Position numbers and translations under genes: made by a program
In this document: piece after piece, positions 49,498-59,638 of the stretch
How the letters are laid out: each line of letters opens with the position of its first letter
Position numbering within the stretch: the stretch's first letter is position 1
DNA from: Spirochaetota bacterium
GTDB taxonomy: Bacteria; Spirochaetota; UBA6919; CBDBPB01
Length of the DNA stretch: 64,000 nucleotides
Assembly (NCBI GenBank): GCA_965208615.1
Contig: CBDBPB010000008.1
Location: 64,001-128,000 of the forward strand
Reading direction: 5' to 3'
The notes under the pieces: generated by a model
What the model was told of the DNA's origin: nothing
Databases searched by the model: none
The model's input: only the letters and a program-made list of their open reading frames with translations

Positions 49498-51216
49498 ATG
49501 ATAAGATTTTTATCCAAAGAGACCTATCAAAAGATAGCCGCAGGTGAGGTAATAGATCGTCCTCTTGCAGTAGTAAGAGAACTTATGGATAATGCTATAG
49601 ACTCCAAAGGCGATAACATAAAGGTTCAAATTATTGCTGGCGGTAAAAAAGCCATTGAGGTAAAAGATAATGGCTTTGGTATGTCTAAAGACGATATTAA
49701 AATATGCCATCTAAAGCATACCACAAGTAAAATTATTAACTTTGATGATATATACAAAACAACCTATATGGGCTTTAGGGGTGAGGCATTAAATGCTATC
49801 TCTATCGTATCTGAGCTAACTATAACGAGCAAAAATCAAGATGATAGTATAGGCAATTCTATTATCATAAAAGGTGGTGATATTGTAACAGAAAAAGAAG
49901 TTCCCACCAATAGAGGGACAAGTATAAAAGTTAATCATCTATTTTATAATATACCCGCTAGAGCAAGGTCGTTAAAGTCTGACATAAGTGAATTTAGACA
50001 TATTAAGAATATATTTATTCAAAAGGCTATCCCCCATAATAATATTGGTATTACTCTTGTTAATAATGAAAAAACTGTTTTTAATATACCAAAGCCCTAC
50101 TCCATTCTTGATAGGATAAAAATATTCTACGGACAAGAACTCTCAGATCATCTAATCCCAATTGATAAAGACTTTGATGGCTTTAGTATATCTGGTTTTA
50201 TATCAAAGCCTAACTTTTTCAAGGGATCAAAGAAATATCAATGCTATTATATTAATAATCGTTCTATATTCTCTAATAGCATGGCTCACGCTGTTTATCT
50301 GGGATATGATAGTATTACGCCTGTTGGACAATATCCCGTTAGCTTTTTATTTATAAAGATTGATCCTAAGCTGATTGATGTTAACGTTCACCCCACTAAA
50401 CGGGAGGTTAAATTGTTTAATGAGAGTACTATTCATAATGAACTTTATCAGCTTATAAAAAATAGTGTCTCTAAACACCCATCTTTGCCAAAAATTGAGT
50501 TTAAGAGTAACATAAAAAACTCTATTAAAACTTATTACAATAAAAAAAGTAAAAAGCTCGATCTAAGGCATAATGCTTTTGTATACAAAAAATCAATGAT
50601 AAATAATAAGTCTAACACTATCCCAAATACTGATGAGAGTATAGACTATAAAATAATAGGTCAGCTTTTTAATACGTATATCGTTATGGAAAAGGATGAA
50701 GAGCTTATTTTATTAGATCAACATGCCGCCCATGAGCGTCTTTTATACGAACAAATAAAAGAAAAAATAGGTGATAATAATATTCCATCACAGTCGCTGT
50801 TAGTCCCGTTCCACGTAGACATCCCCATTTCTGATTTTGAAGTTATAGCGTCTAAGCTCGATAGACTAAATAGTTTAGGCTTTCAGGTTGATGTATTTGG
50901 TGATAATAGTTTTATAGTGAATGCTATCCCTTATTTTCTTAAGCTTGAAAAGGCAAAAACTGTTATTGAGAAATTACTAGATAACATTAGCGATAAAGAT
51001 ATACCAAGTATAAAGTCATTTTTGGATGATACTATCAAAATGAAAGCGTGTAGATCAGCCATAAAGAGTGGAGACTCACCTTTTGACAATGAGATAAGCT
51101 ATTTAATAAAGCAACTTTTAAAGTATGATAATCCTTTTGCTTGTCCCCACGGGCGTCCTACAACATTATCCTTGACTAAGCTTGAGTTAGAACAGCTTTT
51201 TCTTAGAAAGAAATAA
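49498..51216 (+). CDS. mutL: DNA mismatch repair endonuclease MutL
   Basis: KIAAGEVIDRP, ELMDNAID, GFRGEAL, DVNVHPTK, DQHAAHER, ACR, CPHGRP. Confidence 0.97.
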   Translation: MIRFLSKETYQKIAAGEVIDRPLAVVRELMDNAIDSKGDNIKVQIIAGGKKAIEVKDNGFGMSKDDIKICHLKHTTSKIINFDDIYKTTYMGFRGEALNAISIVSELTITSKNQDDSIGNSIIIKGGDIVTEKEVPTNRGTSIKVNHLFYNIPARARSLKSDISEFRHIKNIFIQKAIPHNNIGITLVNNEKTVFNIPKPYSILDRIKIFYGQELSDHLIPIDKDFDGFSISGFISKPNFFKGSKKYQCYYINNRSIFSNSMAHAVYLGYDSITPVGQYPVSFLFIKIDPKLIDVNVHPTKREVKLFNESTIHNELYQLIKNSVSKHPSLPKIEFKSNIKNSIKTYYNKKSKKLDLRHNAFVYKKSMINNKSNTIPNTDESIDYKIIGQLFNTYIVMEKDEELILLDQHAAHERLLYEQIKEKIGDNNIPSQSLLVPFHVDIPISDFEVIASKLDRLNSLGFQVDVFGDNSFIVNAIPYFLKLEKAKTVIEKLLDNISDKDIPSIKSFLDDTIKMKACRSAIKSGDSPFDNEISYLIKQLLKYDNPFACPHGRPTTLSLTKLELEQLFLRKK

Positions 51217-51229
51217 TATTTATAAATAA

Positions 51230-52582
51230 TTAAAGTATATACCGTGTTAGATCACGATCTTCTAATACACCATTCAATTTTTCATTAACGTACTTTTTAC
51301 TAATAAGCACTTTTTTATTTTTACGATTGGGTGCATCAAAAGAGATATCCTCTAAAAGTTTTTCCATTACGGTATGCAGTCTTCTTGCTCCAATATTCTC
51401 TGTTCTTGAGTTAATATGAAAAGCAATTTCAGCTAAGTTATCAATTGCTTCATTTTCAAACTCCACCTTAAGCCCCTCTGTACCCAATAATGCTTTGTAC
51501 TGCTTTATAAGAGAGTTTTTAGGTTCAGTCAATATTTTAAAAAGATCGTCTTTATTAAGAGAATCAAGCTCCACCCTAATAGGAAAGCGTCCTTGTAGTT
51601 CAGGTATTAGGTCTGATGGCTTTGACATATGAAAAGCACCAGCCGCTATAAATAAAATATGCTCGGTTTTAACAACGCCATACCTAGTGTTAATAGCAGA
51701 ACCCTCAATAATAGGTAAAATATCTCTTTGTACGCCTTCTCTGGATACATCCTGACCAGAACTATGAGATTTACCAACAATTTTATCAATCTCATCTAAA
51801 AATACGATTCCCATCTCTTCAACACGTTGAATAGCCTCACTGGATACCTTATCCATATCAATTAACCTATCATACTCCATCTCAATAAGAATCTCTCTTG
51901 CCTCCCTAACAGAAAGCCTCTGTACTTTAGTCTTTGGAGGAACCATACTATTAATAATATTTTGGAAGTTAAGATCCATCTCTTCTATGCCAGTAGTAGA
52001 GAACACCTCAACCACAGGATTTCTTTGAGTCTCCACCTCGATTCTAACTATTTTATCCTCTAGTTCACCATTTTGAAGTTTAGCACGAATCTTATTTCTT
52101 GTATTGTTTGTAGATTCGTATATCTCACTATCCTTAGAAGACTTATGCTTTTTTGATATAGGTACTAGTAAAGTTAAAAGTTCTTCTTCAGCAAGCTTTT
52201 TAGCTTTACTTTCCATCTTTTTTCGTGTTTCTTTTTTAACCAAGTTAACTCCAACAGTAGTTAAATCCCTAATTATGGACTCAACATCCCTTCCCACATA
52301 TCCAACCTCAGTAAACTTAGTAGCCTCTACTTTGGTAAAAGGTGCATTAGCAAGCTTAGCGAGCCTTCTAGCGATTTCAGTCTTTCCAACACCAGTAGCA
52401 CCAATCATAATAATATTCTTTGGAACAATCTCATCTCTTAAGTCATTATCCAATGCTCTTCGTCTGGAACGATTACGTAAAGCTACTGCTACAGCTCGTT
52501 TAGCATTAGCTTGTCCAATAATATATTTATCTAACTCTTTAACAGTCTGTCTTGGGGTAAACGAGTCGACTATTTTAGCCAT
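51230..52582 (-). CDS. hslU: HslU AAA+ ATPase
   Basis: LDKYIIGQ, GATGVGKTEIARRLA, GYVGRDVES, DEIDK, NIGARRL, C-terminal RYIL. Confidence 0.97.
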   Translation of the reverse strand: MAKIVDSFTPRQTVKELDKYIIGQANAKRAVAVALRNRSRRRALDNDLRDEIVPKNIIMIGATGVGKTEIARRLAKLANAPFTKVEATKFTEVGYVGRDVESIIRDLTTVGVNLVKKETRKKMESKAKKLAEEELLTLLVPISKKHKSSKDSEIYESTNNTRNKIRAKLQNGELEDKIVRIEVETQRNPVVEVFSTTGIEEMDLNFQNIINSMVPPKTKVQRLSVREAREILIEMEYDRLIDMDKVSSEAIQRVEEMGIVFLDEIDKIVGKSHSSGQDVSREGVQRDILPIIEGSAINTRYGVVKTEHILFIAAGAFHMSKPSDLIPELQGRFPIRVELDSLNKDDLFKILTEPKNSLIKQYKALLGTEGLKVEFENEAIDNLAEIAFHINSRTENIGARRLHTVMEKLLEDISFDAPNRKNKKVLISKKYVNEKLNGVLEDRDLTRYIL

Positions 52583-53134
52583 CTAGAGCTCCTTAATAAT
52601 AATTTGGTTATTAGTATATATACATACAGATGCAGCTATTTTTAAAGACTCCTCTACAAGTTGTCTGGCAGTAAGCTTAGAATGGCCATCTAATGCCTTT
52701 GCAGCCGAAAGAGCATAGGTTCCACCAGAGCCAATAGCAGCAATATTATCATCAGGCTGTATTATCTCTCCATTACCAGATAAAATATAAAGTACATCCT
52801 TAGAAGCTACAATTAACATTGCCTCTAGTCGTCTTAACATCTTATCATTTCGCCATTCTTTAGCAAGCTCAATAGCCGCTATGGAACAGTCTCCACTATA
52901 CTTGTTCAACTTTTCTTCGAAGCGATCAAATAAAGTAAAAGAATCTGCAACACTACCAGCAAAACCAGCTAATACTTTTCCCTTATACATAGTACGAACT
53001 TTATTAGCAGATGATTTAACAACAGTATCACCTAAAGTTACCTGTCCATCGCCTCCGATAACAACACTATCATTTCTTCTAATAGCTAAAATAGTGGTTC
53101 CATAAAACTTCATATTTTTTTCCTTATCTTCCAT
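52583..53134 (-). CDS. hslV: HslV protease subunit
   Basis: GTTILAIR, GDGQVTLG, GFAGSVAD, LRRLEA, GSGG, CIYTN; start at 53134 or 53113. Confidence 0.96.
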   Translation of the reverse strand: MEDKEKNMKFYGTTILAIRRNDSVVIGGDGQVTLGDTVVKSSANKVRTMYKGKVLAGFAGSVADSFTLFDRFEEKLNKYSGDCSIAAIELAKEWRNDKMLRRLEAMLIVASKDVLYILSGNGEIIQPDDNIAAIGSGGTYALSAAKALDGHSKLTARQLVEESLKIAASVCIYTNNQIIIKEL

Positions 53135-54041
53135 GGGGGTGACTCTTTTCATAAATCTTTTTTAACCTATCCTTAGATACATGAGTATAAATCTCGGTTG
53201 TAGACAAATTCTTATGTCCCAAAAGCTCTTGCACAGATCTAATGTCAGCACCACCATTAAGAAGATGGGTTGCAAAAGAATGTCTAAGGACATGAGGAAA
53301 TACATTTCTCTTAATAGGAAGTACCATAGAACGTTTTTTAATTATATACCACACATTACTAGGGTTAAGAGGTTTTCCATTTTTTTTAATAAAAAAATTA
53401 GATTCATCTGTCATAAGGCTATTCCATACTTTACGATAACTTTTTAGAGTTTTAAGGAGTTTTTTACCAAAAAAAACTAAACGCTCATTATTACCCTTAC
53501 CTAAAATCTTAATTAAACCTCCAGCAAAATTAATATCTTTTTCTTTAATAGAAACAAGCTCGGAGACCCTAATACCTGTAACATAAAGGGTCTCAAAAAT
53601 AGTCTTATCCCTAACGTCAATAATATTATTAAGGTCAAATTGGGATGATATTAACTTAATCTCTTTAGAGTAAAGAAATTGAGGAATAGATTTGCTAAAC
53701 TTTGGAGTAGTAATTAAAAGCATGGGATTGTCTATAAGTATTTTTTCTTTTAAAAGGAAATTAATAAATGCTCTTAAACTAGCTATTTTTCTGGCAATAG
53801 TTCGTGAAGAGTATCCCATTTCGTTTAATACAAAAATAAACTCCTTTATGTCTTTTCTGTTTAGCCTTGTAATATTAACTTTACGATCTTTTAAAAAGTT
53901 AATAAATAATTTTAAATCGATTTCATAATTTTTTATAGTATGCTTAGCATAATTTTCAACTGTTAAAAAATCAATGTAAAGTTTTAAGTAGCGATCAGGT
54001 AGACTTTTTTTTGGGTATTCTTTCATATTTACACTTCTCAT
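53124..54041 (-). CDS. xerC: XerC-family tyrosine recombinase
   Basis: TGIRVSEL, GKG, HVLRHSFATH, QELLGH, TEIYTHV; conserved topA-xerC-hslV position. Confidence 0.9.
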   Translation of the reverse strand: MRSVNMKEYPKKSLPDRYLKLYIDFLTVENYAKHTIKNYEIDLKLFINFLKDRKVNITRLNRKDIKEFIFVLNEMGYSSRTIARKIASLRAFINFLLKEKILIDNPMLLITTPKFSKSIPQFLYSKEIKLISSQFDLNNIIDVRDKTIFETLYVTGIRVSELVSIKEKDINFAGGLIKILGKGNNERLVFFGKKLLKTLKSYRKVWNSLMTDESNFFIKKNGKPLNPSNVWYIIKKRSMVLPIKRNVFPHVLRHSFATHLLNGGADIRSVQELLGHKNLSTTEIYTHVSKDRLKKIYEKSHPHGR

Positions 54042-56073
54042 TTTTGCAAGTTAAAACACGTCCTTTAGCTTTAGTGAACTTCTCAAATAACACCTCATTA
54101 CACTTAGGGCATGACTCTTCAGATGGAGCATCCCAAGATATAAACTTACAATCGGGATAATTAGAACATCCATAAAACTTACGTCGTTTTGCTTTTTTTT
54201 CGACAATTTTGCCATTACAGGCATTTTCAGGGCAATTACAAATGGGTATAGGTTTACTATTCTTACACTCAGGGAATCCACTACAAGCAAGAAAATATCC
54301 GTATCTACCAAGACGTTTTATCATACTATTGCCACATTTTTCACAAATCTCATCAGTTTCTTTATCAAAGATATTTTTCATACTTTCCATTTTCTCGCTA
54401 GCGAGTTTAACAGTCTTAGAAAAAGTTGGATAAAAATCTTTTAATATCTTTATCCAGTCTATCTTAGCTTCTTCTATTTCATCTAAGAGTTCCTCCATCT
54501 TAGCTGTAAAGTCAACGTTGGTTATATCTGGAAAATACTCGGATATCAATTTATTAGTCAGCTTACCCAATTCAGTTGGAGTAAAGCTCTTATTAGTTCG
54601 TGTAATGTAATGTCTTTTTGCTAAGGTAAAAATGGTAGGAGCATAAGTACCTGGTCTACCTATACCAGTCTCTTCCAGTTTTTTTACTATACTTGCCTCA
54701 GTATACCTAGGAGGAGGCTCGGTAAAATGTTGAGTCTGGTCTAATTTATTTAATTTAACCTCATCACCCTTAGCAAGTTTGGGCAAATTAATATTATCAC
54801 CATTAGAAATACCCAATACCTCTAAAAACCCTTTGAACTTAACTTCTGATAATATTAACTTAAATAATCCTTTTCCTCCAGTAATATCAACTTGTAGCTG
54901 ATCATAAATAGCATCCTCCATTTGAGAGGCTAAAAACTTATTCCAAATAAGAGTATACAGTTTAAGCTCGTCTTTGGATAAATATGGACTAACATCTTTT
55001 GGAGTTCTAAGAACAGAAGTAGGTCTAATAGCCTCATGTGCATCTTGAGCACCTTTTTTATTAGTATAATGGATAGGCTTAGACGGCAAATACTTTTTTC
55101 CATATACCTTTAAGATGTAGTCTCTGACCTCTTTTATAGCGACATCAGAAACTCTTGTAGAGTCAGTTCTCATATATGTTATTAATCCAACAGTTTCTTT
55201 TTTTAAATCTATGCCCTCATAAAGTCTTTGTGCTGTCCACATTGTCTTATCAGCCTTAAACCTCAAACTATTAAAGGCCTCCTGCTGTAGTTTACTAGTA
55301 GTAAAAGGGGCAAGAGGTTTTCTTTTTCTATCTTTTTTGGCAACTTTACTTACTATAAACTTTTCTTTTTTAAGCTTAGCTACAACAGCATTAGTATCTT
55401 TCTCATTTTTTAAGTCAATTTTTTTACCATTATATTCTTGTAGTTTAACTTTAAACTTTTTTTTATCTTTAGAAAATGTACCTTCAATATTCCAGTATTC
55501 TTGAGGTATAAAGCTTAAGATGGCATCCTCACGATCGCATATAAGCTTTAGAGTAGCAGATTGCACTCTACCGGCAGATAAGCCTTTTTTTAGCTTCTGC
55601 CACAAAAGAGGACTTAAATTATATCCAACAAGCCTATCTAATACCCTGCGTGCCTTTTGAGCATTAACTTTGTGCATATCTATAATAATAGGATTTTTTA
55701 TAGACTCTTTTATTGCATCTTTAGTTATCTCATTAAAAACGATTCTTTTAAACTTAACTTTTGGATTAGACTTTAAAATAGCATTTTGTATATGCCATGA
55801 TATAGCCTCACCTTCTCTATCATTATCCGAAGCTAAAAGAACGACTTTTGACTTGTTAGCGGATTTTTTTAGGCTGTCTAAGAGCTTACCACGACCTCTT
55901 ATGGTAATATAGTCAGGTTCAAAGTTATTTTCAACATTTACAGCCAAACGAGATTTTGGTAAATCAACTACATGTCCCATAGAGGATAGGACTTGAAAAC
56001 CTCTTCCAAGATATTTAGTTATTGTTTTAGCTTTAGCAGGAGATTCTACTACAACAAGTATTTTATCAGACAA
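53995..56073 (-). CDS. topA: DNA topoisomerase I
   Basis: VVESPAKAKTI, DNDREGEAI, SAGRVQS, ITYMRTDS, AHEAIRPT, C-terminal zinc ribbons. Confidence 0.97.
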   Translation of the reverse strand: MSDKILVVVESPAKAKTITKYLGRGFQVLSSMGHVVDLPKSRLAVNVENNFEPDYITIRGRGKLLDSLKKSANKSKVVLLASDNDREGEAISWHIQNAILKSNPKVKFKRIVFNEITKDAIKESIKNPIIIDMHKVNAQKARRVLDRLVGYNLSPLLWQKLKKGLSAGRVQSATLKLICDREDAILSFIPQEYWNIEGTFSKDKKKFKVKLQEYNGKKIDLKNEKDTNAVVAKLKKEKFIVSKVAKKDRKRKPLAPFTTSKLQQEAFNSLRFKADKTMWTAQRLYEGIDLKKETVGLITYMRTDSTRVSDVAIKEVRDYILKVYGKKYLPSKPIHYTNKKGAQDAHEAIRPTSVLRTPKDVSPYLSKDELKLYTLIWNKFLASQMEDAIYDQLQVDITGGKGLFKLILSEVKFKGFLEVLGISNGDNINLPKLAKGDEVKLNKLDQTQHFTEPPPRYTEASIVKKLEETGIGRPGTYAPTIFTLAKRHYITRTNKSFTPTELGKLTNKLISEYFPDITNVDFTAKMEELLDEIEEAKIDWIKILKDFYPTFSKTVKLASEKMESMKNIFDKETDEICEKCGNSMIKRLGRYGYFLACSGFPECKNSKPIPICNCPENACNGKIVEKKAKRRKFYGCSNYPDCKFISWDAPSEESCPKCNEVLFEKFTKAKGRVLTCKNEKCKYERIPKKKST

Positions 56074-56089
56074 ATAGTCCTCCTTAAAA

Positions 56090-57262
56090 TTATAAGTTTC
56101 GCTTATAACAGTTTCCCAATTTAGAACACAATCCTTTAAAGGTTAAACTGGTTAAGCCGCTAATAACTTCTTCTACTTTAAGTTTACTAAGTTCTACGAT
56201 TTTATCAAAAGTTTTTTTTTCAGTTACAGAAAGATATTTTAAAATAATAGCTTCTTCTTTAGTTAGTTGTGAATTTTCAAAGTTACTATTAGTTTCGTTT
56301 TTTATTTTGTTATTTTTTATTTTATTATTTATATTACCAGTTAGTTTAGAAAAATCTTTTTTATTTTTACTAACTAAATCCAAGTCTAACACTAAAGAAA
56401 GATCCTCTAACAAGTCTTTAAAGTTTTCAATAAGCTTTGCACCTTTTTTAATTAAAAGGTGAGTACCGGTATAATTATAACTTCTGGCATCTCCAGGAAA
56501 AGCATATATTTCTCTACCATAGTCTAGTGCATACTGTGCAGTATATAAAGAGCCAGAGTCTTTACTACCCTCAACAACAACAACTCCTACGCTTAAACCG
56601 GCTATAATTCGGTTTCGTATAGGAAAATGATAACTTTTTGGATATGATCCAATTGGGAACTCACTAAAAATACATCCTTTTTCGCTAATAATATTTTGTA
56701 AATCAATATTAGCCTTAGGAAAATATTTATCTATTCCACATCCCAAGACAGCAACAGTTCTACCATTACTCTTAAGCGTACCCTTATGAGCTTCTGCGTC
56801 TATACCCATAGCCAATCCACTAACCACTGTAATTCCAATTTGTCCAAGCTCATAACCAAGCCTATAACTATTATTCAAGCCATAACTGGTTGCATTTCTG
56901 CATCCAACAACAGAAATAGAGTTAAAATCACTTTTGGCCAGATTACCTTTATAATATAAAACAATTGGAGGATCAGGTAACGATAAAAGATTCTCTGGAT
57001 AGTCATTGGAGTGTATATAAGTAATTCCTACATTTAGTTTTATAGTCTCATAAAACTCCTTTTCTGCTTTTTCTAATAACTCTTTTTTATTAAACGCCTT
57101 TGAGCTATTTTTTATTCCAAGTAATCGAACTAATTCCTTATCATCAATAGAAAAAATAGTTTTAATATCTTTGTAATGGTCAAGAAGTTCTTTTTTCTTA
57201 AAAGCTCCCAATCCAGCCATATTAAAAGCAATATAATATATTTTTTTATCCAAATCATACAC
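56090..57262 (-). CDS. dprA: DNA processing protein DprA/Smf
   Basis: DPPIVLY, VVGCRNAT, VSGLAMGID, FPIRNRIIAGLS, SGSLYTA. Confidence 0.95.
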   Translation of the reverse strand: MYDLDKKIYYIAFNMAGLGAFKKKELLDHYKDIKTIFSIDDKELVRLLGIKNSSKAFNKKELLEKAEKEFYETIKLNVGITYIHSNDYPENLLSLPDPPIVLYYKGNLAKSDFNSISVVGCRNATSYGLNNSYRLGYELGQIGITVVSGLAMGIDAEAHKGTLKSNGRTVAVLGCGIDKYFPKANIDLQNIISEKGCIFSEFPIGSYPKSYHFPIRNRIIAGLSVGVVVVEGSKDSGSLYTAQYALDYGREIYAFPGDARSYNYTGTHLLIKKGAKLIENFKDLLEDLSLVLDLDLVSKNKKDFSKLTGNINNKIKNNKIKNETNSNFENSQLTKEEAIILKYLSVTEKKTFDKIVELSKLKVEEVISGLTSLTFKGLCSKLGNCYKRNL

Positions 57263-57317
57263 TAATATGCGGCCTATAACTTTATGAGCTTTATAGTATT
57301 TCTTAGTAGTTTATAAT

Positions 57318-58490
57318 CTACTTTATTTTTATATTATTAGTTAGCTCATTTTGAATTATTAAATAATTTTTTTCAGCATTTTTATAAGAGATAGAATTTT
57401 CAGGAAGGATTGCCATTAATCTATTTTTATAAACCTTCATAGCCTCATCTAGCCTATCCATAAGATAGTATATTCTTCCCAGTAAAAACCAACTTAGCTT
57501 GTCACGGCCACCAAAACCGTTTTTTACAGAAAGATCAACTCTTCTTTTAAGTAGCTCTTCTGCCTTTTCTAAGTAAAAATGCTTTTTATAATCATTAAAA
57601 TGTTCATATCTATAAACATATAGTTCTGCCAAATTATAAATACCTTTATAATACTTGCTGTCAACACCTATTGCAATTAAAAACTCTTTTTCAGCGTTAT
57701 CCAAATACTTTTTTTGATCTTCTTTAAGAATGGAGGGATCATAACTAGTAAAATAAGATAGTTGTCGATAAATTATTCCTTTTTTGTGATGTAAGCTTGG
57801 TTTAACTCTGTTATAAAGGTATTCTTTTCTAAAGTTTTTATTTGGACTAGTCTTATTAAGTTTATGTTTTATATTTAACAATCTATCCAAAGACAGGGCC
57901 AAAGCCAGGTTTGACCAGTTTTTTTTAATACCTATACGGTTGACAGATAGAGCATTAGTATTTTTTATAATTTCATAAATATCTGAAGTTTCATCTTCTA
58001 AAGCTTTAGTTGCCTCACTATAAGACTTTAATGACAGCATTCTAGAGCTTATTAGTTTTTTAATAGTCTTTTTAGCAAGGGAATCCTTTTTTTTTATATA
58101 ATGAAGTAGCTCATTTTGGCTTAACCTATCATAGGTTATTGGGGGATTTTTATCACTAAGATATTCTTCATAAAGATAGTAATCACCTTTTAGTTCAAAG
58201 ACCTCTGCCAGCTGATGTTGAAAGGTTAGTTTTTCTTTAATAAGTTTTTTTATTTTTGGTGTAATTTTAGGGTCTAAAAAAACATATTTTGGAAGCTTTT
58301 TACCTTTGTAGTAATCAGCAATAGAGTTATTTATTTCTTCAACATCTTCTTTTATATTATTAATATTTCTATTAAGTTTTTCAATTCTATTTTTGGGGGC
58401 ATAATATTCTTTTACTATAACAATGGCTATAATAAATACTATTAACGTTATAATATATAATTTTTTACGTTCCTTCATAAGAGCATCCAT
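57318..58490 (-). CDS. Membrane-anchored TPR-like hypothetical protein
   Basis: N-terminal TM; TPR-like YNLAELY, FLLGRIYY. Confidence 0.7.
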   Translation of the reverse strand: MDALMKERKKLYIITLIVFIIAIVIVKEYYAPKNRIEKLNRNINNIKEDVEEINNSIADYYKGKKLPKYVFLDPKITPKIKKLIKEKLTFQHQLAEVFELKGDYYLYEEYLSDKNPPITYDRLSQNELLHYIKKKDSLAKKTIKKLISSRMLSLKSYSEATKALEDETSDIYEIIKNTNALSVNRIGIKKNWSNLALALSLDRLLNIKHKLNKTSPNKNFRKEYLYNRVKPSLHHKKGIIYRQLSYFTSYDPSILKEDQKKYLDNAEKEFLIAIGVDSKYYKGIYNLAELYVYRYEHFNDYKKHFYLEKAEELLKRRVDLSVKNGFGGRDKLSWFLLGRIYYLMDRLDEAMKVYKNRLMAILPENSISYKNAEKNYLIIQNELTNNIKIK

Positions 58491-58702
58491 AAATTGTTAA
58501 CAATAATTAATAAATCCCTTTTAATTGTCAAGTTTTTTTAATATTTTCTTTAAAAGAAGCTTTAACATAGAGGCTGGAAATAGTATTATAGTGTATAGCT
58601 ATTTTTTTTGTAGACGGCAAACATAGTAAATTGTTATAAACGCAATAAATTCTTTTTAGTTGTCAAGTTTTTTTTTAATATTTTCTTTAAAAGAAGCTTT
58701 AA
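58490..58702. repeat. ~75-bp imperfect direct duplication upstream of the TPR gene
   Basis: TTGTCAAG(T7/T9)AATATTTTCTTTAAAAGAAGCTTTAA at 58525-58565 and 58660-58702. Confidence 0.8.
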
Positions 58703-58798
58703 TTATTACTAATTGTTCTAAATAGAGTAGCTCAAAAGTATTCTAAGGTAATTTATATTTCTAAGACTTAAAAAATATAGATAAAATCTATTTAACAA

Positions 58799-59638
58799 TT
58801 TATGACAAAGAGCAAAGTGTAAAGGAATAAGACATATACGTTCAGGTTTTGAGTCGGACGAGTAAGTATATTTATTTTTGTTAATGTTAAGGGGAGTATA
58901 GCTTTTCTTTTTTTGATATTAGTTTATTTAGAGTGATATTATTTAATAATTTATTTATCATTTTATGACAAAGAGCAAAGTGTAAAGGAATAAGACATAT
59001 ACGTTCAGGTTTTGAGTCGGACGAGTAAGTATATTTATTTTTGTCAAGGTTAGTATAGCTTTTCTTTTTTTTGATATTAGTTTATTTAGAGTGATATTAT
59101 TTAATAATTTATTTATCATTTTATGACAAAGAGCAAAGTGTAAAGGAATAAGGCATATACGTTCAGGTTTTGAGTCGGACGAGTAAGTATATTTATTTTT
59201 GTTAATGTTAGTATAGCTTTTCTTTTTTTTGATATTAGTTTATTTAGAGTGATATTATTTAATAATTTATTTATCATTTTATGACAAAGAGCAAAGTGTA
59301 AAGGAATAAGGCATATACGTTCAGGTTTTGAGTCGGACGAGTAAGTATATTTATTTTTGTTAAGGTTAGTATAGCTTTTCTTTTTTTGATATTAGTTTAT
59401 TTAGAGTGATATTATTTAATAATTTATTTATCATTTTATGACAAAGAGCAAAGTGTAAAGGAGTAAGACATATACGTTCAGGTTTTGAGTCGGACGAGTA
59501 AGTATATTTATTTTTGTCAAGGTTAAGGGGAGTATAGCTTTTCTTTTTTTTGATATTAGTTTATTTAGAGTGATATTATTTAATAATTTATTTATCATTT
59601 TATGACAAAGAGCAAAGTGTAAAGGAATAAGGCATATA
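58799..59638 (+). repeat. Non-coding tandem array: 5 units of 157-164 bp plus a partial sixth
   Basis: TATGACAAAGAGCAAAGTGTAAAGGA starts at 58801, 58964, 59122, 59280, 59437 and 59601. Confidence 0.97.

Noticed and set aside
58799-59638. CRISPR, TIGR-like or type III antitoxin array
   Set aside because: Units are ~160 bp and near-identical, with no unique spacers; no cas, Nop-domain or ToxN-like gene is adjacent
58799-59638. Integron attC array using the nearby tyrosine recombinase
   Set aside because: No RYYYAAC...GTTRRRY paired ends; the recombinase lacks an evident IntI insertion and sits in the housekeeping topA-xerC-hslVU context
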